From NCBI RefSeq assembly GCF_050920415.1, contig NZ_CP169309.1: 64,000 nt of DNA; one strand, 5' to 3'. Positions 14,558 to 23,995 of this stretch are shown piece by piece. A program made the position numbers and the translations under genes. A model generated the notes under the pieces. It made no database searches. It was not told the origin of the DNA and worked only from the letters and a program-made list of their open reading frames with translations. This DNA comes from Escherichia coli. GTDB lineage: Bacteria > Pseudomonadota > Gammaproteobacteria > Enterobacterales > Enterobacteriaceae. Positions within the stretch are counted from its first letter, which is position 1; each line of letters begins with the position of its first letter.

Positions 14558-14908
14558 ATGCCATCACGAATCCCACGCGCCTGCCGTAAGCGTGGATGTG
14601 CAGGTACAACCACAGACAGTTCTGGTTACTGCGATAAACATCGTGGCGAAGGATGGGTACAGCATCAACGCGGACTGAGCCGCCACCAGCGTGGCTATGG
14701 CTCGAAATGGGATGCCATACGTGCGCGCATACTGAAGCGTGATAATCATCTGTGTCAGAACTGCCTGCGCAATGGGAGAGCCGTTGAAGCCAGAACTGTG
14801 GACCACATCATTCCGAAAGCTCATGGTGGCACGGATGCAGACAGTAACCTGCAGAGTCTGTGCTGGCCCTGTCATAAAGCAAAAACAGCGCGCGAACGCA
14901 TCAATTGA
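14558..14908 (+). CDS. HNH endonuclease (terminase-associated)
   Basis: CQNC...VDHIIPKAHGGTDADSNLQSLCWPCHKAKT. Located just upstream of the terminase, as in HK97-like cos phages. Confidence 0.85.
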   Translation: MPSRIPRACRKRGCAGTTTDSSGYCDKHRGEGWVQHQRGLSRHQRGYGSKWDAIRARILKRDNHLCQNCLRNGRAVEARTVDHIIPKAHGGTDADSNLQSLCWPCHKAKTARERIN

Positions 14909-15056
14909 TAACAGTTCCCATCTGTAGGGGAGGGGCGGGTCAAATCTCTGCAACCCTGGCTGCTCAGTACCGCCGCCTGACCCTTCCTCACATCGCCGCA
15001 GGTTCGAAAACTTTTTTTTGGAAATGTGAACAAACGATTGATAGGTAAGACCGATT

Positions 15057-15539
15057 ATGTCAGGACCTCCGAAAACCCCGCCACGCCTGCATTTGATACG
15101 AGGCAACCCCTCAAAGCGTCCCGTTAAAGACCACAAAAAAACCGCTAAAAAGGATGAAAAAGGTCTTCCTAAAATTCCGCAGCATTTAGGGGCTCAGGGG
15201 AAGTACTGGTTCAGGCGAATGGCGGAAGAGCTGAATGCGGAAGGGATCATTTCTCAGCTTGATGCACGTGCGCTCGAGTTGCTGGTGGAAGCCTACACCG
15301 AATATCGGCATCACTGCGAAACACTCGATGTTGAGGGGTATACTTACCGCACGGAAACGCAGAGCGGTGATGTACTGATTAAGGCGCACCCCGCGGCGGC
15401 AATGAAAGCGGATGCCTGGAAGCGGATCCGGGCAATGCTTGCAGAGTTTGGTATGTCACCGGCAAGCCGGGCTAAAGTAAATATCGCCGGACCGGATGAT
15501 GTTGATCCGCTGGCGGAGCTTTTAAAAGCGAGAGACTGA
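15057..15539 (+). CDS. Terminase small subunit (P27 family)
   Basis: Position and size fit. GNPSKRP...YWFRRMAEEL motifs. Stop overlaps the TerL start. Confidence 0.75.
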   Translation: MSGPPKTPPRLHLIRGNPSKRPVKDHKKTAKKDEKGLPKIPQHLGAQGKYWFRRMAEELNAEGIISQLDARALELLVEAYTEYRHHCETLDVEGYTYRTETQSGDVLIKAHPAAAMKADAWKRIRAMLAEFGMSPASRAKVNIAGPDDVDPLAELLKARD

Positions 15540-17296
15540 TGGCAAAAGTGGCTGACGGGATCCGCTACGCCGAACGTGTTGTTGCAGGAGAAATTGTTGC
15601 TGGCGAATTTGTCCGCCTGGCCTGCCAGCGTTTTCTTGATGATCTGAAGTACGGCGAAGAGCGGGGGATTTATTTCAGTGAACCCCGTGCGCAGCACATC
15701 CTGAATTTCTACAAATTTGTGCCTCATGTAAAAGGGGCGCTGGCAGGCCAGCCCATTGAGTTGATGGACTGGCATGTATTTATCCTCATTAATATTTTTG
15801 GTTTTGTCATTCCGCTGGTCAATGAAGAGACCGGGGAAGTTGTCATGCGCAGCGATGGCAGCGGACGTCCGGTGATGGTGCGCCGGTTCCGGACGGCGTA
15901 CAACGAAGTCGCCCGTAAAAACGCAAAATCAACTCTGTCATCGGGTATCGGCCTGTATATGACGGGGGCAGATGGTGAAGGCGGAGCTGAGGTGTATTCA
16001 GCCGCAACCACGCGTGACCAGGCCAGAATCGTGTTTGAAGACGCCAAAAATATGGTCAGAAAAGCCCGGTCGACACTCGGGCGGTTGTTTGATTTCAACA
16101 AGCTGGCGATTTACCAGGAGCAGAGCGCATCAAAATTTGAACCGCTTTCTTCGGATGCAAACAACCTGGATGGTCTGAACATTCACTGCGCCATTATTGA
16201 TGAGCTGCATGCACATAAAACCCGTGACGTGTGGGACGTTCTGGAAACGGCAACCGGTGCTCGTCTGCAGTCCCTTTTATTTGGTATCACCACGGCAGGG
16301 TTTAACAAGGAAGGGATTTGTTACGAGCAGCGTGATTACGCCATCAAGGTATTGCGTGGCTATAACAGCGACGTGGAGGGCGCGGTAAAAGACGACTCCT
16401 ACTTTGCGATTATTTACACCCTCGATGAGGGAGATGATCCGTTTGATGAAACGGTCTGGCAGAAAGCGAATCCCGGCCTGGGCATCTGTAAACGCTGGGA
16501 TGATCTGCGTCGCTTGGCGAAAAAAGCGAAAGAACAGGTCTCTGCTCGGGTGAATTTTTTTACCAAACACATGAATGTGTGGGTAACAGCAGAGTCTGCC
16601 TGGATGGACATGATTAAGTGGGAGAAGTGCGAATACATTGCCCCACGACATGAGCTGAAAACGTATCCCATGTGGGTCGGCGTTGACCTTGCTCATAAGA
16701 TTGATATCTGTGCGGCGGCAAAACTCTGGCGAACGGATAACGGGCATGTTCATGCCGATTTTAAATTCTGGCTTCCGGAAGGACGGCTGGAACGATGCTC
16801 GCGGCAGCAGGCAGAACTTTACCGGAAGTGGGCGGAGATGGATAAGCTGATTCTGACGGATGGTGATGTTATCGATCATGCTCAGATAAAAAGTGACTTA
16901 CTGGAATGGATTGGTGGTGAAAACCTCAGGGAACTGGGATTTGACCCGTGGAGCGCGATGCAGTTCAGCCTGGCACTGGCTGAAGAAGGGATACCGCTGG
17001 TGGAGGTTCCGCAGACGGTTCGCAATCTGTCAGAGGCCATGAAGGAAACGGAATCACTGGTCTATGCCGGGCGTTTCCATCACAGCAATCATCCGGTCAT
17101 GAACTGGATGATGTCTAACGTTACGGTAAAACCGGACAAAAACGACAATATCTTCCCGAATAAATCCACGCTGGAAGCCAAAATCGACGGTCCTGTTGCG
17201 ATGTTTACAGCAATGAGCCGGATGCTGGTCAATGGCGGTGAACCGGAGCCGGATCTGTCTGAGCATCTGGTCAGCGTTGGTATCCGCTCGCTTTAA
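15539..17296 (+). CDS. Terminase large subunit
   Basis: 585 aa. ATPase ([15 protein letters not shown]) and nuclease regions. Confidence 0.9.
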   Translation: MAKVADGIRYAERVVAGEIVAGEFVRLACQRFLDDLKYGEERGIYFSEPRAQHILNFYKFVPHVKGALAGQPIELMDWHVFILINIFGFVIPLVNEETGEVVMRSDGSGRPVMVRRFRTAYNEVARKNAKSTLSSGIGLYMTGADGEGGAEVYSAATTRDQARIVFEDAKNMVRKARSTLGRLFDFNKLAIYQEQSASKFEPLSSDANNLDGLNIHCAIIDELHAHKTRDVWDVLETATGARLQSLLFGITTAGFNKEGICYEQRDYAIKVLRGYNSDVEGAVKDDSYFAIIYTLDEGDDPFDETVWQKANPGLGICKRWDDLRRLAKKAKEQVSARVNFFTKHMNVWVTAESAWMDMIKWEKCEYIAPRHELKTYPMWVGVDLAHKIDICAAAKLWRTDNGHVHADFKFWLPEGRLERCSRQQAELYRKWAEMDKLILTDGDVIDHAQIKSDLLEWIGGENLRELGFDPWSAMQFSLALAEEGIPLVEVPQTVRNLSEAMKETESLVYAGRFHHSNHPVMNWMMSNVTVKPDKNDNIFPNKSTLEAKIDGPVAMFTAMSRMLVNGGEPEPDLSEHLVSVGIRSL

Positions 17297-17307
17297 CCGA
17301 GGTCATT

Positions 17308-17490
17308 ATGTTTCTGATAATTCTCACGCCACTGGTGGGCGTGCTGGGGGCGCTTTTGCTGTCGTATGGCACATGGCTGATTTATCCCCCGGCAGGTTTT
17401 GTTGTTGCCGGGGGGCTGTGCCTGTGCTGGTCGTGGCTGGTTGCGCGTTATCTCGATCGTGGTCACCGGGTCGCCTCCGGAGGTGAGTAA
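17308..17490 (+). CDS. Small membrane protein
   Basis: 60 aa with two hydrophobic segments. Tightly packed between TerL and the portal gene. Confidence 0.4.
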   Translation: MFLIILTPLVGVLGALLLSYGTWLIYPPAGFVVAGGLCLCWSWLVARYLDRGHRVASGGE

Positions 17491-18731
17491 TGTTTTTCCA
17501 GGGGCTTTTTCAACGTAAAAATAATACCCCCGTCACAACGCCCGGGATGCTTGCGGAAGAACTTGGGTTGTCATACGACACCTATACCGGAAAGCGGATC
17601 AGCAGTCAGCGGGCCATGCGGCTGACGGCGGTGTATTCCTGCGTCAGGGTGCTGGCGGAGTCTGTTGGTATGCTGCCCTGCAGCCTCTACAAAATCACCG
17701 GCACTCTTAAAACACGGGCAGTGGATGAACGACTGCATAAGCTGATTTCGGCAAAACCCAATGGCTACATGACACCGCAGGAATTCTGGGAGCTGGTTAT
17801 CGTCTGCCTGTGTCTGCGGGGTAATTTTTACGCTTACAAGGTGAAGGCGCTGGGAGAAGTGGTGGAGCTTCTTCCTATAGATCCGGGATGTGTGGAGCCG
17901 AAGCTGAACTGTCAGTGGCAGCCGGTTTATCAGGTGACATTTCCGGATGGTTCTGTGGATGTGCTGACTCAGGATGAAATCTGGCATGTGCGTACTCTGA
18001 CGCTGGACGGACTGGTCGGGCTGAATCCCATTGCGTATGCGCGTGAGGCCATTTCACTGGCAGCGGCAACCGAGGAGCACGGTGCCAGGTTGTTTGGCAA
18101 CGGTGCAGTGACATCCGGTGTGTTGCGTACGGATCAACAACTTTCTGATCAGGCTTATGCGCGTATCAAAAAGGATTTTGAGGAACGGCATGTCGGGCTG
18201 GGAAATTCTCATCGTCCGATGATTCTGGAAATGGGGCTGGACTGGAAAACGGTGGCACTGAATGCCGAGGACAGCCAGTTCCTGGAAACCCGCAAGTTTC
18301 AGCTGGAAGAAATCTGTCGCCTGTTCCGCGTGCCGCTGCATATGGTGCAGAACACCGATCGCGCCACCTTCAACAATATTGAAGAGCTGGGGCTTGGTTT
18401 CATTAACTATTCCCTTGTGCCGTATCTGACCCGTATTGAGCAACGGATCAATACAGGGCTGGTCAGGGAGAGCAAGCAGGGGAAGTTTTACGCCAAATTT
18501 AATGCCGGAGCATTGTTGCGTGGCGACATGAAATCCCGCTTTGAAGCGTATGCCACGGGGATCAACTGGGGGATTTATTCCCCTAATGACTGCCGTGATC
18601 TGGAAGATATGAATCCCAGACCGGGTGGTGATGTGTATCTGACACCGATGAACATGACCACCAGTCCCTCTGCTGGCGATGACAACGGTAAGAAAAAGGA
18701 GAGTGGAGATGCAGACAAAACAGCGTCTTGA
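17490..18731 (+). CDS. Portal protein (HK97 family)
   Basis: 413 aa. Its position and the motifs around RLFGNGA...FLETRKFQ are typical of HK97-type portals. Confidence 0.9.
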   Translation: MFFQGLFQRKNNTPVTTPGMLAEELGLSYDTYTGKRISSQRAMRLTAVYSCVRVLAESVGMLPCSLYKITGTLKTRAVDERLHKLISAKPNGYMTPQEFWELVIVCLCLRGNFYAYKVKALGEVVELLPIDPGCVEPKLNCQWQPVYQVTFPDGSVDVLTQDEIWHVRTLTLDGLVGLNPIAYAREAISLAAATEEHGARLFGNGAVTSGVLRTDQQLSDQAYARIKKDFEERHVGLGNSHRPMILEMGLDWKTVALNAEDSQFLETRKFQLEEICRLFRVPLHMVQNTDRATFNNIEELGLGFINYSLVPYLTRIEQRINTGLVRESKQGKFYAKFNAGALLRGDMKSRFEAYATGINWGIYSPNDCRDLEDMNPRPGGDVYLTPMNMTTSPSAGDDNGKKKESGDADKTAS

Positions 18732-19359
18732 TATACCGCTGAACCTGAAATCCGTCAGTGATTCCGGGGAATTTGAAGGTTACGGTTCTGTTTTTGGTGT
18801 TAAGGACAGCCACGATGATGTGGTGGTCCCCGGTGCCTTTACCACAACACTCCAGAAATGGAGCGAAAAAAAGGCGCTGCCTGCGTTGCTCTGGCAGCAC
18901 CGCATGGATGAGCCCATCGGTGTGTACACCGAAATGAAAGAAGATGATGTCGGGCTTTATGTCAGGGGGCGATTACTCGTTGATGATGATCCCCTGGCAA
19001 AACGTGCACATGCCCATATGAAGGCCGGTTCTTTAACCGGCCTTTCTATTGGCTACATCCTGAAAGACTGGGAGTACGACCGTGAAAAAGGGGTATTCCT
19101 GCTGAAAGAGATCGACTTGTGGGAGGTCAGTCTGGTGACGTTTCCTTCCAATGATGAGGCACGCATCAGCGATGTGAAAAATGCGCTGGCGCGTGGGGAG
19201 ATCCCTGATCAGAAAATTATTGAGCGAGTCCTGCGCGATGTTGGACTCTCGCGAACCCAGGCCAAAGCATTCATGGCCGGGGGATATGGCGCTTTATCCC
19301 TGCGTGATGCTGAGGATGTGGATGCCGCACTGAATGCACTGAAAAATCTTAAATTTTAA
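18709..19359 (+). CDS. Prohead maturation protease (HK97 family, S78)
   Basis: GGAGAGTGGAG SD before the ATG at 18709. GEFEGYGSVFGVKDSHDDVV is present. Confidence 0.85.
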   Translation: MQTKQRLDIPLNLKSVSDSGEFEGYGSVFGVKDSHDDVVVPGAFTTTLQKWSEKKALPALLWQHRMDEPIGVYTEMKEDDVGLYVRGRLLVDDDPLAKRAHAHMKAGSLTGLSIGYILKDWEYDREKGVFLLKEIDLWEVSLVTFPSNDEARISDVKNALARGEIPDQKIIERVLRDVGLSRTQAKAFMAGGYGALSLRDAEDVDAALNALKNLKF

Positions 19360-19373
19360 CCAGGAGAAAAATA

Positions 19374-20597
19374 ATGGCTGACATTAAAGATGTGGAGCAG
19401 GTCGCGCAGGAGCTGCAGCAGAAGTTTGACGATTTTAAGGCAAAAAACGACAAGCGCATTGACGCGATCGAACAGGAAAAAGGCAAGCTGGCCGAACAGG
19501 TGGAAAGCCTGAACGGGCAAATCAGCGAGCTGGAGAACCTGAAAAGCGACCTGGAAAAAGAGCTGGCAGACATCAAGCGTCCGGCAGGCGGCACGCAAAA
19601 TAAAGTTGCCAGTGAACACAAAGAAGCGTTTATCGGATTTATGCGCAAGGGGCGTGAAGACGGCCTGCGTGAGCTGGAGCGTAAGGCGCTGCAGGTGGGC
19701 AATGATGAAGATGGCGGTTATGCCATTCCGGAAGAACTGGATCGCACCATTCTGACGCTACTGAAAGATGAGGTGGTGATGCGCCAGGAAGCCACTGTGA
19801 TCACCCTCGGGGGCTCGGATTATAAAAAACTGGTGAATCTGGGCGGCACAACGTCCGGATGGGTGGGGGAAACGGATGCACGTCCGGAAACCGCCACCTC
19901 AAAACTGGGGCTGATTGAACCCTTTATGGGGGAAATCTACGGCAACCCGCAGGCCACCCAGAAAATGCTCGATGACGCTTTCTTCAATGTGGAAGACTGG
20001 ATCAACAGTGAGCTGGCGCTGGAATTTGCCGAACAGGAAGAAATTGCCTTTACCAGTGGCGACGGCAGCAAAAAACCAAAAGGTTTTCTGGCTTATGAGT
20101 CCACCGATGAAGATGACAAGACCCGTGCGTTTGGCAAACTTCAGCACATCGCTTCCGGTGCGGCTTCTGGCGTGACTGCCGATGCGATCATTAAACTGAT
20201 TTACACCCTGCGCAAGGCGCATCGCAGCGGCGCGAAGTTCATGATGAATAACAGCAGCCTGTTTGCCATTCGCCTGCTGAAGGATAACGACGGAAATTAT
20301 CTGTGGCGTCCGGGCATTGAGCTGGGTCAGCCTTCTTCACTGGCGGGGTATGGCATCGTTGAGAATGAGCAGATGCCGGATATTGCTGCCGATGCAAAAG
20401 CTATTGCGTTTGGTAACTTCAAACGCGGCTATACCATCGTTGATCGTATCGGCACCCGCATCCTGCGCGATCCTTACACCAACAAACCGTTTGTGGGCTT
20501 TTATACAACCAAACGAACCGGCGGTATGCTGGTGGATTCTCAGGCGATTAAGCTGATGAAGATCGGTGCTGCAACCCGCCAGAAAGCCGCTGCGTAA
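19374..20597 (+). CDS. Major capsid protein (HK97 fold) with N-terminal delta/scaffold-like coiled coil
   Basis: 407 aa. Coiled-coil N-terminus followed by a capsid domain. A GC-rich hairpin follows the stop (20612-20632). Confidence 0.9.
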   Translation: MADIKDVEQVAQELQQKFDDFKAKNDKRIDAIEQEKGKLAEQVESLNGQISELENLKSDLEKELADIKRPAGGTQNKVASEHKEAFIGFMRKGREDGLRELERKALQVGNDEDGGYAIPEELDRTILTLLKDEVVMRQEATVITLGGSDYKKLVNLGGTTSGWVGETDARPETATSKLGLIEPFMGEIYGNPQATQKMLDDAFFNVEDWINSELALEFAEQEEIAFTSGDGSKKPKGFLAYESTDEDDKTRAFGKLQHIASGAASGVTADAIIKLIYTLRKAHRSGAKFMMNNSSLFAIRLLKDNDGNYLWRPGIELGQPSSLAGYGIVENEQMPDIAADAKAIAFGNFKRGYTIVDRIGTRILRDPYTNKPFVGFYTTKRTGGMLVDSQAIKLMKIGAATRQKAAA

Positions 20598-20641
20598 TGC
20601 AGTTTTTTATGCCCGCACAGTGTTGCGGGCAGGAGTTTCTG

Positions 20642-20959
20642 ATGGCAGCAATAGTGGAAAAACTCAGGGCGCAGTGCCGTATTGATACAGATGATGCAAC
20701 TGATGATGAGTTACTGATGCTGTATTTCCGGGCTGCCTGCCGCAAGGCAGAAAATTTTATCAACCGTAAGCTTTATGAGGAGATGGTGCCGGAAGGTGAT
20801 CCTGAAGGGGTGCTTATAGCTGATGATGTTTTGTTGGCGCTCATGTTGCTGGTCGGACACTGGTACGAAAACCGGGAAAATTCCTCAGATGTCAGCAAGG
20901 CACCAGTCCCGTTTGGTTTTTCTTCTCTGCTGGAGCCTTATCGTTTTATTCCTTTGTAG
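20642..20959 (+). CDS. Head-tail connector (gp6-like)
   Basis: AGGAG SD before the ATG at 20642. Size and position match HK97-type head completion genes. Confidence 0.65.
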   Translation: MAAIVEKLRAQCRIDTDDATDDELLMLYFRAACRKAENFINRKLYEEMVPEGDPEGVLIADDVLLALMLLVGHWYENRENSSDVSKAPVPFGFSSLLEPYRFIPL

Positions 20960-20967
20960 GAGGAACC

Positions 20968-21306
20968 ATGCAGGCGGGCAGATTACGTGATCGCGTAACT
21001 ATTCTGAATGTCACCACCGCCCGCTCTCCGTCAGGGCATCCGGTGGAGACGGTGACGGAGGGAGCTACCGTATGGGCAGAAGTTAAGGGTATCAGCGGGA
21101 GGGAGAGAATATCAGGAGGTGCAGAAACCGCTCAGGCTACGGTCAGAGTCTGGATGAGATTCCGACGCGATGTGACGGCAGCTTCACGTCTGAAAGTGCT
21201 GACCGGTGCATTCAAAGGAGCCATTCTTGGTATAGAAGGGCCACCAATACCGGATGCACGCACCACCCGGCTTGAAATACTCTGCAGCCTGAAGGGGAAT
21301 GTGTGA
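20968..21306 (+). CDS. Head closure / head-tail adaptor protein
   Basis: MQAGRLRDRVTI... is the typical N-terminus of this family. Position is consistent. Confidence 0.65.
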   Translation: MQAGRLRDRVTILNVTTARSPSGHPVETVTEGATVWAEVKGISGRERISGGAETAQATVRVWMRFRRDVTAASRLKVLTGAFKGAILGIEGPPIPDARTTRLEILCSLKGNV

Positions 21307-21752
21307 TGGATTTCAGTCTTGATTTTTCCGGCCTGGCGGATATTGCACGGGATCTGGAGACGCTCAGCAGGGCAGAAAACAATAAGGTTCTGCGCGATGC
21401 CACCCGTGCCGGTGCTGAAATTATGCGGGATGCAGTTGTTGAACGTGCGCCGGAGCGAACCGGGAAACTGAAGAAAAATGTGGTTGTTCTCACGCAGCGT
21501 TCAAAGCGTCGGGGGGAAATTATCTCGGGTGTCCACATTCGCGGACGGAACCTGCGAACCGGAAACAGTGATAACAGCATGAAAGCCAGCGATCCCCGAA
21601 ATGCGTTTTACTGGCGCTTTGTGGAGCTGGGAACGATAAACATGCCCGCGCATCCATTCATTCGCCCGGCTTTCGATACGACAGAGGAGCTGGTGGCGCA
21701 GGTTGCCATACAGCGAATGAATCAGGCTATTGATGAGGTCTTAAGTAAATGA
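21303..21752 (+). CDS. HK97 gp10-family tail-proximal protein
   Basis: Size and position fit. The motif RTG.L...V is present. Confidence 0.6.
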   Translation: MMDFSLDFSGLADIARDLETLSRAENNKVLRDATRAGAEIMRDAVVERAPERTGKLKKNVVVLTQRSKRRGEIISGVHIRGRNLRTGNSDNSMKASDPRNAFYWRFVELGTINMPAHPFIRPAFDTTEELVAQVAIQRMNQAIDEVLSK

Positions 21753-22093
21753 GGGAAGCCACACTGTATTCCCTGCTGTCTCAGTTGGCCGGAGGACAGG
21801 TTTATCCTTATGTGGTCCCGCTGACGGAGGGAAAGCCTGCGGTATCTCCGCCGTGGCTGGTGTTTTCTGTGGTGTCTGACACGGCGTCTGATGTGCTTGA
21901 TGGTCAGGCTGAATCCAGAATTACCGTGCAGATCGATGTCTGGGCAACAGTACCTGATGACGCAGATGATATCCGTGAGCAGGCGCTTGATGCGGTAAGG
22001 CAACTTGCACCCTCCGTTATTTCTAAAACTCAGGGTTATGATCCTGATTCCCGTCTGAGCAGAGCCACGCTTGAATTTCAGGTAATAGCCTGA
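21749..22093 (+). CDS. Tail completion protein (DUF3168-like)
   Basis: Position is immediately before the major tail protein. Overlapping start and stop. Confidence 0.55.
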   Translation: MREATLYSLLSQLAGGQVYPYVVPLTEGKPAVSPPWLVFSVVSDTASDVLDGQAESRITVQIDVWATVPDDADDIREQALDAVRQLAPSVISKTQGYDPDSRLSRATLEFQVIA

Positions 22094-22113
22094 GGTCGTT
22101 AATGATTTTACCC

Positions 22114-22137
22114 ACCCGCCGCTGGCGGGTTTTTTTA
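22114..22137 (+). terminator. Intrinsic terminator inside the late operon
   Basis: ACCCGCC-gct-GGCGGGT followed by T7, just before the major tail gene. Presumably read through by Q-modified RNA polymerase. Confidence 0.55.
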
Positions 22138-22153
22138 TTTTCAGGAGACGAGT

Positions 22154-22858
22154 ATGTCCTCTAATTTTGAGCGTTCGCAACTGACGAAAATTATGATTTC
22201 GTCTGCACCGGTAACAGCAGAAACCCTGGATTCTGCCAGCTATCTTGGCCTGAGCTGTACAATCAAAGAGGTGCAGTTTACCGCAGGACAAAAGCAGGAT
22301 ATTGATGTCACCACGCTGTGTTCTGTTGAGCAGGAAAATATTAACGGTCTTGGTGCCGCGTCAGAGATTTCCATGTCAGGCAACTTTTACCTCAATGCTG
22401 CCCAGAACGCGTTGCGCAGTGCCTATGACAATGACACCACGTATGGCTTTAAAGTTATTTTTCCGTCAGGAAACGGATTTACCTTTATGGCAGAGGTGCG
22501 TCAGCATACCTGGTCTGCAGGAACCAATGGTGTTGTGGCTGCAACGTTTTCCCTGCGCCTGAAAGGTAAACCTGTGCTGACGACAGAGCCGCTGAAAGTG
22601 AAGGTCGATTTAAACAGCACGCTGCAGGTTTCTGCCGGAGCGAAACTCGAAATGGTGGTTGAGGCTGCCGGTGGTGTGCCGCCTTATTCTTATGTCTGGA
22701 AGAAAGGTAGTTCTCCTGTTTCCGGACAGACGGCGGCAACGTTCAGTAAGGCATTGGCAGTATCCGGTGATGCGGGCGCATATACCTGCGAGATTTCTGA
22801 TTCAGCAAGCCCGGTTAACAAAGTGACCTCCACTTCCTGCACTGTAACCGTCAGTTAA
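22154..22858 (+). CDS. Major tail tube protein with C-terminal Ig-like domain
   Basis: 234 aa. The C-terminus GGVPPYSYVWKKGSSPVSGQTAATF...GDAGAYTCEISD is Ig-like. Confidence 0.8.
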   Translation: MSSNFERSQLTKIMISSAPVTAETLDSASYLGLSCTIKEVQFTAGQKQDIDVTTLCSVEQENINGLGAASEISMSGNFYLNAAQNALRSAYDNDTTYGFKVIFPSGNGFTFMAEVRQHTWSAGTNGVVAATFSLRLKGKPVLTTEPLKVKVDLNSTLQVSAGAKLEMVVEAAGGVPPYSYVWKKGSSPVSGQTAATFSKALAVSGDAGAYTCEISDSASPVNKVTSTSCTVTVS

Positions 22859-23244
22859 TGAGGATGGGTGTGATGACTAAAAATATCCGTAATCTGGCTC
22901 TGGCAACGATGTCGGGGTTTCGCCATAAAACTGTTGATGTGCCTGAATGGGAAGGGGCAACGGTTGTATTACGGGAACCTTCTGCAGAAGCCTGGTTGCG
23001 CTGGCAGGAGATCGTTAAAGCAAAAGATGATGAGACACCGTTATCCGTTGCGGAGCGCGCCCGCCGAAATCTGGAGGCAGATGTTGAACTGTTCATTGAT
23101 GTTCTGTGTGATACCGGACTGCAACCTGTATTTTCAGAGGATGATCGTGAACAGGTGATTGCCGTGTATGGCCCGGTGCATGCGCGGCTTCTTCGGCAGT
23201 CTCTGGAACTGATCAGTGATGCCGGCGAGGTTAAAAAAAAGTAG
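22858..23244 (+). CDS. Tail assembly chaperone (gpG-like)
   Basis: Sits between the tail tube and tape measure genes. Ends at an A8 slippery run. Confidence 0.7.
   Translation: MRMGVMTKNIRNLALATMSGFRHKTVDVPEWEGATVVLREPSAEAWLRWQEIVKAKDDETPLSVAERARRNLEADVELFIDVLCDTGLQPVFSEDDREQVIAVYGPVHARLLRQSLELISDAGEVKKK
23233..23241 (+). promoter_or_regulatory. Programmed -1 ribosomal frameshift site (A AAA AAA G)
   Basis: A slip at AAAAAAAAG moves translation from the G frame into the frame that is open through ATG 23256 to 23546. Confidence 0.6.
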
Positions 23245-23546
23245 CGCTTCCGGGGATGCGTTTTCTGATGATGCTGGCACTCAGGATGGGGCGCACATTG
23301 TCAGAGTTACGCCGGGAAATGTCCGCATCAGAAATCATGATGTGGGCAGAATTTGACAGGTTCAGCCCGCTGGGGGACGAACGGGCTGATATCCGGGCTG
23401 CCCAGATTGTTTCAGCTGTTTACGGTGCGCAGGGTGTCAAAGTACCACTGAATGATGCGCTTCTTCAGTGGGAGCATGAATCAGAAGAAAATAAATGCGA
23501 TGATCCATTTATTGGATTAGAGGTTGCTCTAATGTCTTCACTATAA
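23238..23546 (+). CDS. gpT-like extension of the G-T frameshift chaperone (DUF4035-like)
   Basis: The -1 frame is open from the slippery site. EIMMWAEFDRFSPLGDERADIRAAQI resembles DUF4035. Confidence 0.6.
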   Translation, partial: KVALPGMRFLMMLALRMGRTLSELRREMSASEIMMWAEFDRFSPLGDERADIRAAQIVSAVYGAQGVKVPLNDALLQWEHESEENKCDDPFIGLEVALMSSL

Positions 23547-23604
23547 GATAATTTTTTAATCGTTTTGAAATTGAATGCTTTACTCAAAGTCAGGAGGATT
23601 AATC

Positions 23605-23946
23605 ATGAGAAAATCAGTGGTGACATTAGCTTGTTTGTTTTTTATTAGTGCATGTAAGCCATCAGATAATTATGTTATTTCTTTAGGGGAAAACTTAGTT
23701 AAAGATAAGCTTATTGATCCTGATAGTGCAAAATTTAATTCTTTTTTTCATAAGTCAGGTGATTTATATGGTTATGTTTGTGGTGATGTTAATTCAAAAA
23801 ACACGTTTGGTGGATATACAGGGAAAAAGCCATATTTTGTTTATTTGGAAGTTGTGGATGGAAAAGTTAAGAGTCATGGGACTGTAACAATTGTTAATGA
23901 TCATGATCCAAGCAGTATGGAAAAATATAAGTTGTTTTGCCAATAA
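23605..23946 (+). CDS. Lipoprotein moron (113 aa)
   Basis: AGGAGG SD. Signal peptide MRKSVVTLACLFFISAC carries lipobox ISAC. Markedly AT-rich. Its own terminator follows. Confidence 0.7.
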   Translation: MRKSVVTLACLFFISACKPSDNYVISLGENLVKDKLIDPDSAKFNSFFHKSGDLYGYVCGDVNSKNTFGGYTGKKPYFVYLEVVDGKVKSHGTVTIVNDHDPSSMEKYKLFCQ

Positions 23947-23960
23947 TTATCATCTTAAAA

Positions 23961-23981
23961 AACCGCAGAAGCGGTTTTTTT
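23961..23981. terminator. Bidirectional-looking intrinsic terminator after the lipoprotein gene
   Basis: AACCGC-agaa-GCGGTT flanked by an A-run and a T7 run. Confidence 0.6.
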
Positions 23982-23995
23982 ATGGGGTAAAGTAA

